DNA from: Gammaproteobacteria bacterium
Lineage (GTDB): Bacteria; Pseudomonadota; Gammaproteobacteria; Eutrophobiales; Eutrophobiaceae
DNA: 64,000 bases
Assembly: GCA_965243205.1 (NCBI GenBank)
Contig: CBDEUK010000002.1
Location: 2,176,001 to 2,240,000, forward strand
Direction of reading: 5' to 3'
The notes under the pieces were generated by a model. The model was not told where the DNA came from. It worked only from the letters and a program-made list of their open reading frames with translations, and ran no database searches. The translations under genes were made by a program, and so were the position numbers. Below, piece by piece: positions 35,108-44,517 of this stretch (the stretch's first letter is position 1; the number at the start of each line of letters is the position of its first letter).

Positions 35108-36249
35108 TAACGTTTAGAAGGTTGCCAAACGGTCATACGTTTACCAGTTAAAAATAACCACATTGAGTGAGCAATTGCGATATTAACTTGTACAAAGAAA
35201 TACATGATTTTTATTAATGCGTTGTCACGTAACTTAGGAATAAAGTGAGCAAGTAATACCAAACCATAGAATAGTAACTGACAAATAAAAATCGCCTTAA
35301 AACCCCAGTGCTGGCATAGAGTCAAAATATTACTCACAAATACTAGGAACATAAATACAGGTACAAGCCAGCGCATGAGTTTGTGGCTGAAGATTTGTAA
35401 GGCGAAAAAACCATATTTAAACGGGTTAAGTACTTCGATATGTCTCGCTAAACCTGTCATACCTCTAAGCACAGTTCTTACCTTACGCTGATATTCTTTT
35501 TTAGGATCGGAAAGATCTTTATAGAAACCTAATACATCCGGAGCTGTTACTGCTTTGTAGGATTTTTTAGCAGCATTTATGGCGGTATTGAAATCGCTAG
35601 GAGATGCAATATCCCATTCTTCTGTCACTTCTTTTCGACAGGAAAAGAACGAACCTGATAATCCAACTAAGCCTGCTAACATCGATTCTTGTTGTCTCAG
35701 CCACATTTCATATTTCACATACAATCCTTCTCCAGCCACGTTCCCGTCTTGGGAGATAAATCTATCTTCACTCGAAATAGCACCAATGTTTGGGTCAGAA
35801 TAATAACTAACTAGAGTCTTGATTGATTCAGCGGGGATTTGAGTAGCGACATCGGAAAATACAATAATTTCACCCTTAGCCTCGTTAATAGCACAGAGCT
35901 GCGCATTTTCTTTGCCTAGTCGTTCGTTGGCTCTAACCAGATTTATATTTTTGTCTTCAAATTTACGGATGAAGTCATCTGTACCATCATCAGAGCAGTC
36001 TGAGGCAAATATGATCTCAAGTTTGTCTTCGGGATAATCAATGTCTAATGTGTTATTAATTTTTTCTTCGATTCGGGCGATTTCGTTATAGCAGGTAATA
36101 ATCAAGCTTACTGAAGGGTATTCATTGGTATTTGCTTCTATCTGAACGGCTTTTCCAAATAGGGTATTTAAAATAAATAACACAATTGGATAGATGAAAT
36201 AACTATAAGCCGTGCAAAATAACAGAAGGAAAAAAATGGCTATTAACAT
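35107..36249 (-). CDS. Glycosyltransferase family 2 with TM segments
   Basis: IITCYNE, SDCSDDGT, GKENA, FSD, RKVR. Confidence 0.9.
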   Translation of the reverse strand: MLIAIFFLLLFCTAYSYFIYPIVLFILNTLFGKAVQIEANTNEYPSVSLIITCYNEIARIEEKINNTLDIDYPEDKLEIIFASDCSDDGTDDFIRKFEDKNINLVRANERLGKENAQLCAINEAKGEIIVFSDVATQIPAESIKTLVSYYSDPNIGAISSEDRFISQDGNVAGEGLYVKYEMWLRQQESMLAGLVGLSGSFFSCRKEVTEEWDIASPSDFNTAINAAKKSYKAVTAPDVLGFYKDLSDPKKEYQRKVRTVLRGMTGLARHIEVLNPFKYGFFALQIFSHKLMRWLVPVFMFLVFVSNILTLCQHWGFKAIFICQLLFYGLVLLAHFIPKLRDNALIKIMYFFVQVNIAIAHSMWLFLTGKRMTVWQPSKR

Positions 36250-36659
36250 GAGTATTTAACGTTTTTATTTTTAGTTGAGGTAATGTTATGGCTAGATTTT
36301 ATTAAGCTGTTTTTCTGTATTGAAGTATACCATTCATTTCGCCAACTACTGTTTTCAGGGTTAAAAATATTCATGTCGTTTTATTCAGCTATCTGTCTTC
36401 TTTTTGATACATCTTGGAAATCATGAATCAACGCATTATTTGTCCAGAAAGTGAGCTAATAATTGATAGCATCGCTTATATTTCTATATTAGGAAATTTT
36501 CATAAATAATCTATATAAAACAAATAGATAAATAGTATTTTTTAAAGTAAAATATAAAAATATTCTAATGGCAGATAAAGAATGCTGTTTCGATCTGATT
36601 GATTCGGTCAATCACCTAGAATTCATTAGCCATAATCTACTGAAATTTGGATTATAGAT

Positions 36660-36677
36660 TGTCGCACAGTAGTGACA
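36660..36677. promoter_or_regulatory. Candidate enhancer site (TGTCG-N9-GACA)
   Basis: TGTCGCACAGTAGTGACA about 180 nt upstream of a sigma54-like site; same pattern at 50323. Confidence 0.4.
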
Positions 36678-36854
36678 GAAGCCATTATTATGCTCTCAGT
36701 TAAGCTGTGATCAATTTCTAAAAAAACAAATTTGATAAAATCATTTCACTCAATGATGATATATTTTAACTCATTGAAATATATGGGTTAAATATAGATT
36801 TTTTTGGCGAAATAGTCCTTTTGAATAAACTGATTTTAATCAATTTTTATAAAT

Positions 36855-36870
36855 TGGCACATCGCTTGTT
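36855..36870 (+). promoter_or_regulatory. sigma54-like promoter for the EPS export operon
   Basis: TGGCAC-ATCGC-TTGTT; perfect -24, one mismatch at -12 (GT for GC). Confidence 0.6.
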
Positions 36871-36996
36871 AGTGTATGGCAGATACTCTTGGGGAGTTAT
36901 CAGAAAATTATTCGAAATTACGATTAATAATTGTTCTTTCACTTTGTTCCCTGAATTTATGAAATAAATTTTTTGACAATGAGGTTATCACTCTAA

Positions 36997-38388
36997 ATGT
37001 TTAGAATATTTGGCCATTATGTACCAAAGGAATTATTTTTACTTTGCTCGACTGAAGTATTAGTACTTTTAGTTTCAGTCTATATTGGTATTAGTAATGG
37101 GTTAAACACGGCTTCAGGTGCGATGGCTATTACTATATGGGGATATGCTTCTGTTTTTAGCCTTGTGATGTTAACCATGATGGTTTCTATGGGTATGTAC
37201 CATAGAGTTAGCCAAGGTGGTTTTGTATCAACTTTCGGACGTATCGTACTAAGTTTTATTCTTGGTTCTATTCTGCTTGCGATTTTACTGGTGGCTTTTA
37301 GCGACGACAGTGTCGATAGTAAAGTCTTTGGGCTTGCTTTGGCTTGTTCGTTTATCAGCATAGTAGTTTGCCGCTTTATTTGGCAGTTGCGTACCGATCG
37401 TGTGATTAAGCAAAGAACGATTGTTATAGGAATAGGTAATAAGGCAAAAGAAATCGATAAATTAACCCGTTTATCTCAAGCAGGTATACGTATAGTAGGT
37501 TTTATCGATGCAGAACGTGATGGCAACAACTTAATTGGTGAAGATAAATTAATCGAAGTTGAATCTGATTTTTCTAATCTTCACGAAATTGTTAAGCGTA
37601 ATAAAATCAAGGAAATTGTTATCGCTCTAGATGAACGTCGAAATAAAATCCCTGCAGATGAAATACTCGAATGTAAGATGCGTGGTGTAAGGGTGGTCGA
37701 TGTAAATTATTTCCTTGAAAGACAACTGGGTAAAATTTCTTTAGATACGCTACATCCAAGCGCATTAATTTATTCGCAAGGGTTTGTCCAAGGTAAGGCA
37801 AAAGCGACTGTCAAACGTCTATTCGACATCATCGTTGCTAGTAGTATGTTAGTGGTTACTTTGCCATTAATGCTTTTAACCGTTATTGCGATAAAAATTG
37901 AGTCCGGGTTTAAAGGTTCGATATTCTATTTCCAAGAACGTGTTGGTTTGAATAATGAAGCATTCAAGATTTATAAATTCCGTAGCATGACAGAAAATGC
38001 GGAATCTAATGGCAAAGCCGTTTGGGCCCAGAAAAATGATAATAGGGTTACTAAGGTTGGTAACTTTATTCGTAAAACTCGAATTGACGAATTACCTCAA
38101 CTTTATAATGTGCTTAAAGGTAATATGAGTTTTGTCGGTCCTAGACCAGAGCGCCCACAGTTCGTTGATGAGTTATCAGAGCAAATTCCTTTTTATGGAC
38201 TTAGGCACCATGCTAAACCTGGTATAACAGGCTGGGCGCAAATCTGTTATCCATATGGAGCAAGTGTTGAAGATTCTAAGGAAAAATTGCAGTACGATTT
38301 GTACTATCTAAAGCACAATACAGTATTTCTCGATTTGCTTATCATGATGCAGACTGCCGCAGTAATATTTTTGGCAAAAGGTCGATAA
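36997..38388 (+). CDS. Priming sugar transferase, PEP-CTERM/XrtA-associated (TIGR03013-like)
   Basis: MFRIFGHY start, KRLFD, YKFRSM, RIDELPQL, VGPRPERP, KPGITGWAQ, KLQYDLYY. Confidence 0.93.
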   Translation: MFRIFGHYVPKELFLLCSTEVLVLLVSVYIGISNGLNTASGAMAITIWGYASVFSLVMLTMMVSMGMYHRVSQGGFVSTFGRIVLSFILGSILLAILLVAFSDDSVDSKVFGLALACSFISIVVCRFIWQLRTDRVIKQRTIVIGIGNKAKEIDKLTRLSQAGIRIVGFIDAERDGNNLIGEDKLIEVESDFSNLHEIVKRNKIKEIVIALDERRNKIPADEILECKMRGVRVVDVNYFLERQLGKISLDTLHPSALIYSQGFVQGKAKATVKRLFDIIVASSMLVVTLPLMLLTVIAIKIESGFKGSIFYFQERVGLNNEAFKIYKFRSMTENAESNGKAVWAQKNDNRVTKVGNFIRKTRIDELPQLYNVLKGNMSFVGPRPERPQFVDELSEQIPFYGLRHHAKPGITGWAQICYPYGASVEDSKEKLQYDLYYLKHNTVFLDLLIMMQTAAVIFLAKGR

Positions 38389-38597
38389 TCCTCGCTCAAT
38401 ACATGCCAATTCAATATTGAATATCGCTCAAAGGAAATGAAGCCAGTTATATAGGTTCTTAAAACCATTACTTAAGCTATTGATCGATTGAATATCAGTT
38501 TACTCAATATGGGATTTATATTAGAGTGAAATTTGAAAATACGTTTATAAAACAAATACATTTTTACATCTACTTTCCAAAAAATGGAGATTCAGCT

Positions 38598-39239
38598 ATG
38601 AAGAACAACTGTTCATTTGTCCAGTTTGTTAAATATATTTCATTGGTTATTCCTTTAGTATTCGTTTCTGGATGTAACTCTTTTGGTACGGTTGCGGATG
38701 CTGATGCCACAAGTTATGTTGATTCAAGCGCTACCGATGCGTATGAGTACAAAATTGGTCCTGGAGATGCCTTGGATATCTTTGTCTGGCGTAACCCTGA
38801 TGTTTCTACCACAGGGGTCCCTGTTCGTCCTGATGGCCGTATTTCTGCGCCTTTAGTTGATAGCTTAATGGCTAGTGGTAAGACTCCAAGTCAGTTAGCC
38901 GGGGACATCGAAACCATACTTGCTGAATATATCCGTGATCCTTTGGTTACTGTGACGGTGAAAACCATACGTGGCGGTGTTGACCAGTTAGTTCGTGTGA
39001 TTGGTGAAGTAACCAAACCAGGCGCAATTCCTTATAGCCGTAATATGACAGTTTTGGATGTAATGTTGTCAGTTGGTGGGCTAACCGAGTTTGCTGCGGG
39101 TAACAGCGCAAAATTAGTTCGTGCAGATGGTTCTGAGTTTACAGTAAAACTAGATGATCTTCTGAAAGCTGGTCGTGTTAGTGCTAATACACAAGTTCTA
39201 CCTGGTGATGTCCTAATTGTTCCTGAATCGTTCTTCTGA
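38598..39239 (+). CDS. Polysaccharide export lipoprotein (Wza-like, TIGR03027-like)
   Basis: ATG 38598 after GGAGA RBS; lipobox VSGC; YKIGPGD, VRPDGRIS, PGDVLIVPES. Confidence 0.92.
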   Translation: MKNNCSFVQFVKYISLVIPLVFVSGCNSFGTVADADATSYVDSSATDAYEYKIGPGDALDIFVWRNPDVSTTGVPVRPDGRISAPLVDSLMASGKTPSQLAGDIETILAEYIRDPLVTVTVKTIRGGVDQLVRVIGEVTKPGAIPYSRNMTVLDVMLSVGGLTEFAAGNSAKLVRADGSEFTVKLDDLLKAGRVSANTQVLPGDVLIVPESFF

Positions 39240-39280
39240 TTAATTCTTTTTGTTAATTAGAATTAGATTACCTATTTATT

Positions 39281-40903
39281 ATGCGTGAAATATACGAGCA
39301 AATACTGTCTATTTTTTGGATAACGGTGCACCATCGCTGGGTAGTGTTAACAACAGCTGCCCTTGTTTGTTTTATTGGCTGGGCGGTCGTGTACATCCTG
39401 CCTGATAAATACGAAGTCAAAGCAACAATATATTTCGATGAAGAAACGGCTCTGAGCCCTGTTTTAAAGGGTGTAGGCACGGAAAAATCTTCTGGAGACG
39501 AGAGGGCATCGATAATTCGAAGAACCTTAAAAAACCGTGCCAGTTTATTGAAAATTGTTGATGCCAGTGGTGTCGATGTTTCTGGTTATTCGGACAAAGC
39601 TCTAGAGAAGTTTTTACGTAAGCTGGTAAAAACGATCAATATTGATAATAAAGGTTTAAGTGATGGTGATGGGGGTAAAAGTGGAAACTTCTACACGATT
39701 AGTTTTTCTCACCGAGAGCCGCAGTTTGCTTATTCGGTTGTTAATTCAACATTAGAATTATTTATCGAAAAATTCATAAAAACCGGTACGAAAGAAAACA
39801 TTAAAGTTGAAGGCTTTTTGGATGAGAATATAGCGGAATATAAAGCCAAATTAGAAGCAGCTGAAGAAAAACTAAAGCAATTCAAGCAAAAACATCCTAA
39901 CTTGACTCAAGCAAAAGGCGAGGATTTCTTTTCAAGATTAAATGAAATCCGAACTAATATTGATACTGCCAAGATGAATTTAATTGAAGAGCAAAATAGA
40001 AATTTTACTCTGCGTAGTCAATTGAATCGAATTATCTCAGATAGTCAAAATACTGCTGGTGCTGAAATAAAAGCTAAAGAGTTGAGCTTGATTGAAAAAA
40101 GAATTCAAGATGCTAATCAAAAATTAACGGAACTGAAGCTACAATTCACAGAAAAGCATCCGGATGTTTTAGCGACAGAAAGAATTCTAAAACAGCTATA
40201 TGAACAAAAAAAGCAAGAAGATCTAAACCCTTCTCCAGTTTCAACAACCAGAAAAAGTTCTTCTTTAGTTAGTTCTGAACTTTACCAAAAATTGCAACTG
40301 AGTGTCAGTGAGTCGAATTCTAAGGTTTCTGCTTTAAGAGCCAGAATTTCTGAGTATGAAGTTAAACTGGATTCAATGAACAAGCAGATTACTATCATGC
40401 CTGAAATAGAATCTGAATTAGTACGCTTAACCCGTGACTATACTAATACTAAAGGAACTTATGATGAGTTGGTTAAAAGACGCTCATCATCGCAAATTTC
40501 AAGACAAGCGGAACAATCTACTCAAGATCTACAGTATCAAGTTTTGGATCCACCATCGATCCCTAAACAACCTACTTTTCCTAACCGTCGTTTATTAAGT
40601 ATTGCTGTATTTTTTGCAAGTTTTGCGATTGGTATTTTAATAGCGTGGTTATTAGAGCAGTTTTATCCAAAAATTTATCGCGAACAACAAATAGAAGACG
40701 AATTGGAATTAGAGGTCTATGGGAATGTGCCTATTTATTGGTCTAGTTCCGAACTTGCGGCAAGACGAGTAGGCAGCATTTTCTATGGCTTAATAGTATG
40801 TGGATTAGTTACCTGTTTAGCTTTCGTGTTGGATTATTATGACTTTTCTTTTACTCCTTATGTACAAATGATAAAGGATATAGTGAGTCCGGAGACCCTA
40901 TGA
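39281..40903 (+). CDS. Polysaccharide chain-length determinant / co-polymerase (TIGR03007-like)
   Basis: N- and C-terminal TMs, long coiled coil, FTEKHPDV, L.RDY, VLDPP..P..P..PNR. Confidence 0.9.
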   Translation: MREIYEQILSIFWITVHHRWVVLTTAALVCFIGWAVVYILPDKYEVKATIYFDEETALSPVLKGVGTEKSSGDERASIIRRTLKNRASLLKIVDASGVDVSGYSDKALEKFLRKLVKTINIDNKGLSDGDGGKSGNFYTISFSHREPQFAYSVVNSTLELFIEKFIKTGTKENIKVEGFLDENIAEYKAKLEAAEEKLKQFKQKHPNLTQAKGEDFFSRLNEIRTNIDTAKMNLIEEQNRNFTLRSQLNRIISDSQNTAGAEIKAKELSLIEKRIQDANQKLTELKLQFTEKHPDVLATERILKQLYEQKKQEDLNPSPVSTTRKSSSLVSSELYQKLQLSVSESNSKVSALRARISEYEVKLDSMNKQITIMPEIESELVRLTRDYTNTKGTYDELVKRRSSSQISRQAEQSTQDLQYQVLDPPSIPKQPTFPNRRLLSIAVFFASFAIGILIAWLLEQFYPKIYREQQIEDELELEVYGNVPIYWSSSELAARRVGSIFYGLIVCGLVTCLAFVLDYYDFSFTPYVQMIKDIVSPETL

Positions 40904-41772
40904 GTATTATAGAAAAAGCTTTAGACAAACTTGATGTGACTGGCAGTCATCGTATTGTCAAAGAAGAAGTGCAGATTGGAAAAATTGTAGAAGAAACTCA
41001 TAGTGGTAATACTCATGTGGGAGATATTACGAAAGATATTCCTGCAATAAAATCCCGCCGCATTGATCTAGATATTGGGTTGTTAGAGAAAGAAGGATAT
41101 TTAACTCCTAATACCAAGAACCGTATCATGTTTGAACAATATAGACGCATCAAATTACCAGTCCTGCGTACAGCTTTTGAAGGTAAAGACGGCAGAAAGA
41201 ATATTATTATGATTACCAGTTCTCTTGAGGGAGAGGGGAAATCTTTCACTGCAATGAATTTGGCCATGAGTGTTGCCTATGAATACAATCAAACAGTGCT
41301 TCTTATTGATGCCGATATCGTAAAGAAACAAACGAGCTCTGTACTAGGTTTAAAGGAAGAGTCCGGTCTTATTGATTATCTGACCGATAAATCACCTAAT
41401 TTAAGTGATTTGATACTAACGACAAATATCCCAAATCTAAATATTTTACCAGCAGGGGTGGATTCAGACAGAATTACTGAATTATTCAATAGTAAAAAAA
41501 TGAGCCATCTGGTGAATGAGTTATCAAACAGGTATGATGACAGGCTAATTATTCTGGATGCACCGCCATTATTACAAGAAACATCTTCAGATGCCCTAAA
41601 AAAATTGGTTCACCAGATAATATTCGTTATTGAAGCAGAAAAAACGCCGTTACACATCATTCAGACTGCAAAAGAAATAATTAAAGATAATGAAAATGTT
41701 GGAGTTGTATTAAATAAAAGCAATCAATATATCGATACTGCTAAGACATATGGTTACGGCTATGGCAATTAA
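40900..41772 (+). CDS. BY-kinase, protein-tyrosine autokinase (TIGR03018-like)
   Basis: MSIIEKA, EQYRRIK, SSLEGEGKS Walker A, LLIDAD, DAPPLL, C-terminal YGYGY; ATGA overlap with upstream gene. Confidence 0.92.
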   Translation: MSIIEKALDKLDVTGSHRIVKEEVQIGKIVEETHSGNTHVGDITKDIPAIKSRRIDLDIGLLEKEGYLTPNTKNRIMFEQYRRIKLPVLRTAFEGKDGRKNIIMITSSLEGEGKSFTAMNLAMSVAYEYNQTVLLIDADIVKKQTSSVLGLKEESGLIDYLTDKSPNLSDLILTTNIPNLNILPAGVDSDRITELFNSKKMSHLVNELSNRYDDRLIILDAPPLLQETSSDALKKLVHQIIFVIEAEKTPLHIIQTAKEIIKDNENVGVVLNKSNQYIDTAKTYGYGYGN

Positions 41773-41792
41773 TAAGGAAACTATTAAAGAAA

Positions 41793-43238
41793 ATGCTGAT
41801 GCGTACAACACTAATTTACACTTGTTTAATATATTGCGCGATCTTTACACATAATATTTGGGCTACAGACTTTAAAGTCGAGCCGTATATTAATGTTCAA
41901 GAGATCTTTTCTGACAATATTAATCTTGATGATACCAATAAAGACAGCGATTTTGTAACTGTCTTGCAGCCAGGCTTATATGCGACTAGAGATGGCTCAC
42001 GTTTAAAGGCAAGATTTAATTATGCTCCTGAGTTTATTATTTATGCGGGAGACGCTCAAGACGATGATATTCATAATTTACGGGCCGATGCTATAGCTGA
42101 ATTATGGAAAGATCATTTCTTTCTAGATTTTTCCGCTAATAATGGACAGCAAAATATCAATTCAGGAAATTCATTAGGTGCAGATAACATATCAAATGCG
42201 AATAATCGTGAAGATATTTTTTCTTACCGCATAAATCCTTTTTGGAAACAAAAAATCTCTGACTACGCCAATCTCACGATAGGACATACTTACGATGAGA
42301 TTTTATCTGATATTGGCGATAGTAATTCGAACTTTAGTTATTTAAATATAAAAAATGGCAATCGATTTAAACGTCTCTTATTCGATTTCGAATTTAATAA
42401 TCGTTTTGTTGAAATAGAAGGGACGTCTGATGATATAAGATTTACTAATATTCAAAATAGATTTATTTACCCGGTTACAAGAAATTTTTCTGCTACTGCG
42501 ACGATTGGTTATGATGATGATGACATAGTGCAAGTCTCAGATAGTAGTGGAGTATTATGGTTAGCAGGTTTCATTTGGAAACCATCTAAGCGAACGAGTA
42601 TAGATTTTTCAGCTGGTGAGCGATATTTTGGTTCGGTATTTGATGTTGATGCTGAATACGCGTATAGCAAAACTCAAGTTCGATTTTCTTTTAATCGTTT
42701 CCAACAAACAGCACGTGACGCATTATTAAATACACCTTCAGAAATTTTATATGAAAGAGGTGCATCAGGATTAATCGATGAACAAGGTAACCTTATTGAT
42801 GATAGAACCTTTATAAGTCCTACTGCTCTTGATGCTTCAGTTATTAACCAATCAGGTGAAACTTTTGTTACCAATGAACTTCGTGTCATTGGTATTTACA
42901 CATTAAAAAGAGATATTTTTCAATTGGGTGTGTTTTATGATGATAATGAATCGCGTCAATCTACAAACCAAATAGAAACGTATGGAGCTGATGCTAGTTG
43001 GAATCACAGATTAACAAGAACACTTCAATCAAGATTAAACTTGGTATACCAGAATAGTAATTTAGAAACCGGAGTGCAGACCAATGATTACTTATTGGAT
43101 TTGGTCTTTATCAAAAATGTAACTAAAGATCTAAACTTAGCTTTTGGTTACAGCCATTCAATATTTGAATCTGATAGCACAGTTTTTCCAGAGTTTAGTG
43201 AAAACAGAGTATTTGTAGGGATTAATAAGGTATTTTAG
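41793..43238 (+). CDS. Outer-membrane beta-barrel of PEP-CTERM EPS system (TIGR03016-like)
   Basis: Signal peptide, FSDNI, GERYFG, C-terminal ENRVFVGINKVF ending in Phe; operon position. Confidence 0.85.
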   Translation: MLMRTTLIYTCLIYCAIFTHNIWATDFKVEPYINVQEIFSDNINLDDTNKDSDFVTVLQPGLYATRDGSRLKARFNYAPEFIIYAGDAQDDDIHNLRADAIAELWKDHFFLDFSANNGQQNINSGNSLGADNISNANNREDIFSYRINPFWKQKISDYANLTIGHTYDEILSDIGDSNSNFSYLNIKNGNRFKRLLFDFEFNNRFVEIEGTSDDIRFTNIQNRFIYPVTRNFSATATIGYDDDDIVQVSDSSGVLWLAGFIWKPSKRTSIDFSAGERYFGSVFDVDAEYAYSKTQVRFSFNRFQQTARDALLNTPSEILYERGASGLIDEQGNLIDDRTFISPTALDASVINQSGETFVTNELRVIGIYTLKRDIFQLGVFYDDNESRQSTNQIETYGADASWNHRLTRTLQSRLNLVYQNSNLETGVQTNDYLLDLVFIKNVTKDLNLAFGYSHSIFESDSTVFPEFSENRVFVGINKVF

Positions 43239-43244
43239 AGAATC

Positions 43245-44288
43245 ATGTACGAAGAATTTTATAATCTAACAGCTAACCCATTTAAATTAAATACAGACCC
43301 CGAGTTTTTCTTTAATAGTAATACTCATAAAAGAGCTCTAGCTTATTTACGTTATGGTATTAAGCAAGAAGAAGGGTTTATTGTAATAACAGGTGATGTA
43401 GGTACTGGCAAATCGACCTTAGTAAGTCGGTTATTTCAGTCACTAGATACATCCAATATGGTTGTTGCGAAAATTGTAAATACTCAGTTAGGAGCTGAGG
43501 ACTTACTACAAATGGTATCTGCTGAATTCCAATTGGAATATAAAGATCTTACAAAAACTGAACTTTTAAAAAATCTTGAGTCCTTTTTTATAGAAACGTA
43601 TAAAAAAGGAATGCGTTTACTTTTAGTTATTGATGAGGCACAAAATTTAGCGCCTAAGGCGATTGAAGAATTACGCATGCTCTCCAATATCACCTACGAT
43701 GGTAATCAGTTACTACAAAGTTTTCTGCTTGGGCAAAAAGAATTTAGGGCCACAATGCGAATGCAAGGGTTTGAACAATTACGTCAACGTGTAACGGCTT
43801 CTTACCATTTACGCCCACTTGATCCAAACGAAATAAAAGACTATGTACTTCATCGATTAAAAGTAGTTGGTTGGGATAACAATCCTCAGTTTGATGATGA
43901 AGTATTTGATGAGATACATAAATTTACAAAAGGTATTCCACGCAAAACTAATTTACTTTGTGATCGAATCATGCTTTTTGCTGGGTTGGAGCAAATAGAG
44001 CACATAACGTATGAAATTTTACAATCTGTGTTATCTGACGTAGAAGATGAATTTTGGAATGCTGATACAAATGCAGTAGATTTTAATTTCAGTGACGATG
44101 GTCTAGCTTCATCATCGCCGGCAAGTTCCAATATGGTTTCAACTCATGTGGCGAGTTCTTCTAATATTACACTAGACGATATTTATAGAAGAATTAGTAT
44201 CCTTGATAATTCTATGGAATCCTTAAATGAGATCCTTAAAACTGAATTAAAAGGTATTCGTCGCGCACTTAATATTAAGAAAAAATAG
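43245..44288 (+). CDS. ExeA-like AAA ATPase, XrtA/PEP-CTERM-associated (TIGR03015-like)
   Basis: MYEEFYNL..NPF, GDVGTGKS, IDEAQNL, LEELRML-like, GIPR. Confidence 0.92.
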   Translation: MYEEFYNLTANPFKLNTDPEFFFNSNTHKRALAYLRYGIKQEEGFIVITGDVGTGKSTLVSRLFQSLDTSNMVVAKIVNTQLGAEDLLQMVSAEFQLEYKDLTKTELLKNLESFFIETYKKGMRLLLVIDEAQNLAPKAIEELRMLSNITYDGNQLLQSFLLGQKEFRATMRMQGFEQLRQRVTASYHLRPLDPNEIKDYVLHRLKVVGWDNNPQFDDEVFDEIHKFTKGIPRKTNLLCDRIMLFAGLEQIEHITYEILQSVLSDVEDEFWNADTNAVDFNFSDDGLASSSPASSNMVSTHVASSSNITLDDIYRRISILDNSMESLNEILKTELKGIRRALNIKKK

Positions 44289-44300
44289 CTTTAACTATAT

Positions 44301-44316
44301 TGTGATAAAGTTCACA
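44301..44316. promoter_or_regulatory. CRP/FNR-family operator
   Basis: TGTGA-TAAAGT-TCACA, exact CRP core. Confidence 0.6.
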
Positions 44317-44517
44317 TAATTAATCCATATTTTTTATTTATTTGCATTGAAATCGTAATGCTTATGTAAAAAAGTGATCCACTTCAAGAATTTTCAAATC
44401 CAAAGTTAGTTTTCTTTTTACTTAAAGATAGATTATCCGCTAAATTTTATATAAGAAATTGAAATATTAATTTCTATATAAAAAACACTCGTATTATAAA
44501 TTCTAGGATATAAAAAA

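Noticed and set aside
36250-36996. 750-nt intergenic gap as a hidden small gene or riboswitch
   Set aside because: Only very short frames found and no recognisable structured RNA; length is explained by divergent promoters and enhancer spacing
38393-38408. Minus-strand TGGCAT-N5-GAGC sigma54-like site pointing antisense into the priming transferase
   Set aside because: Poor -12 element and no downstream gene; likely chance
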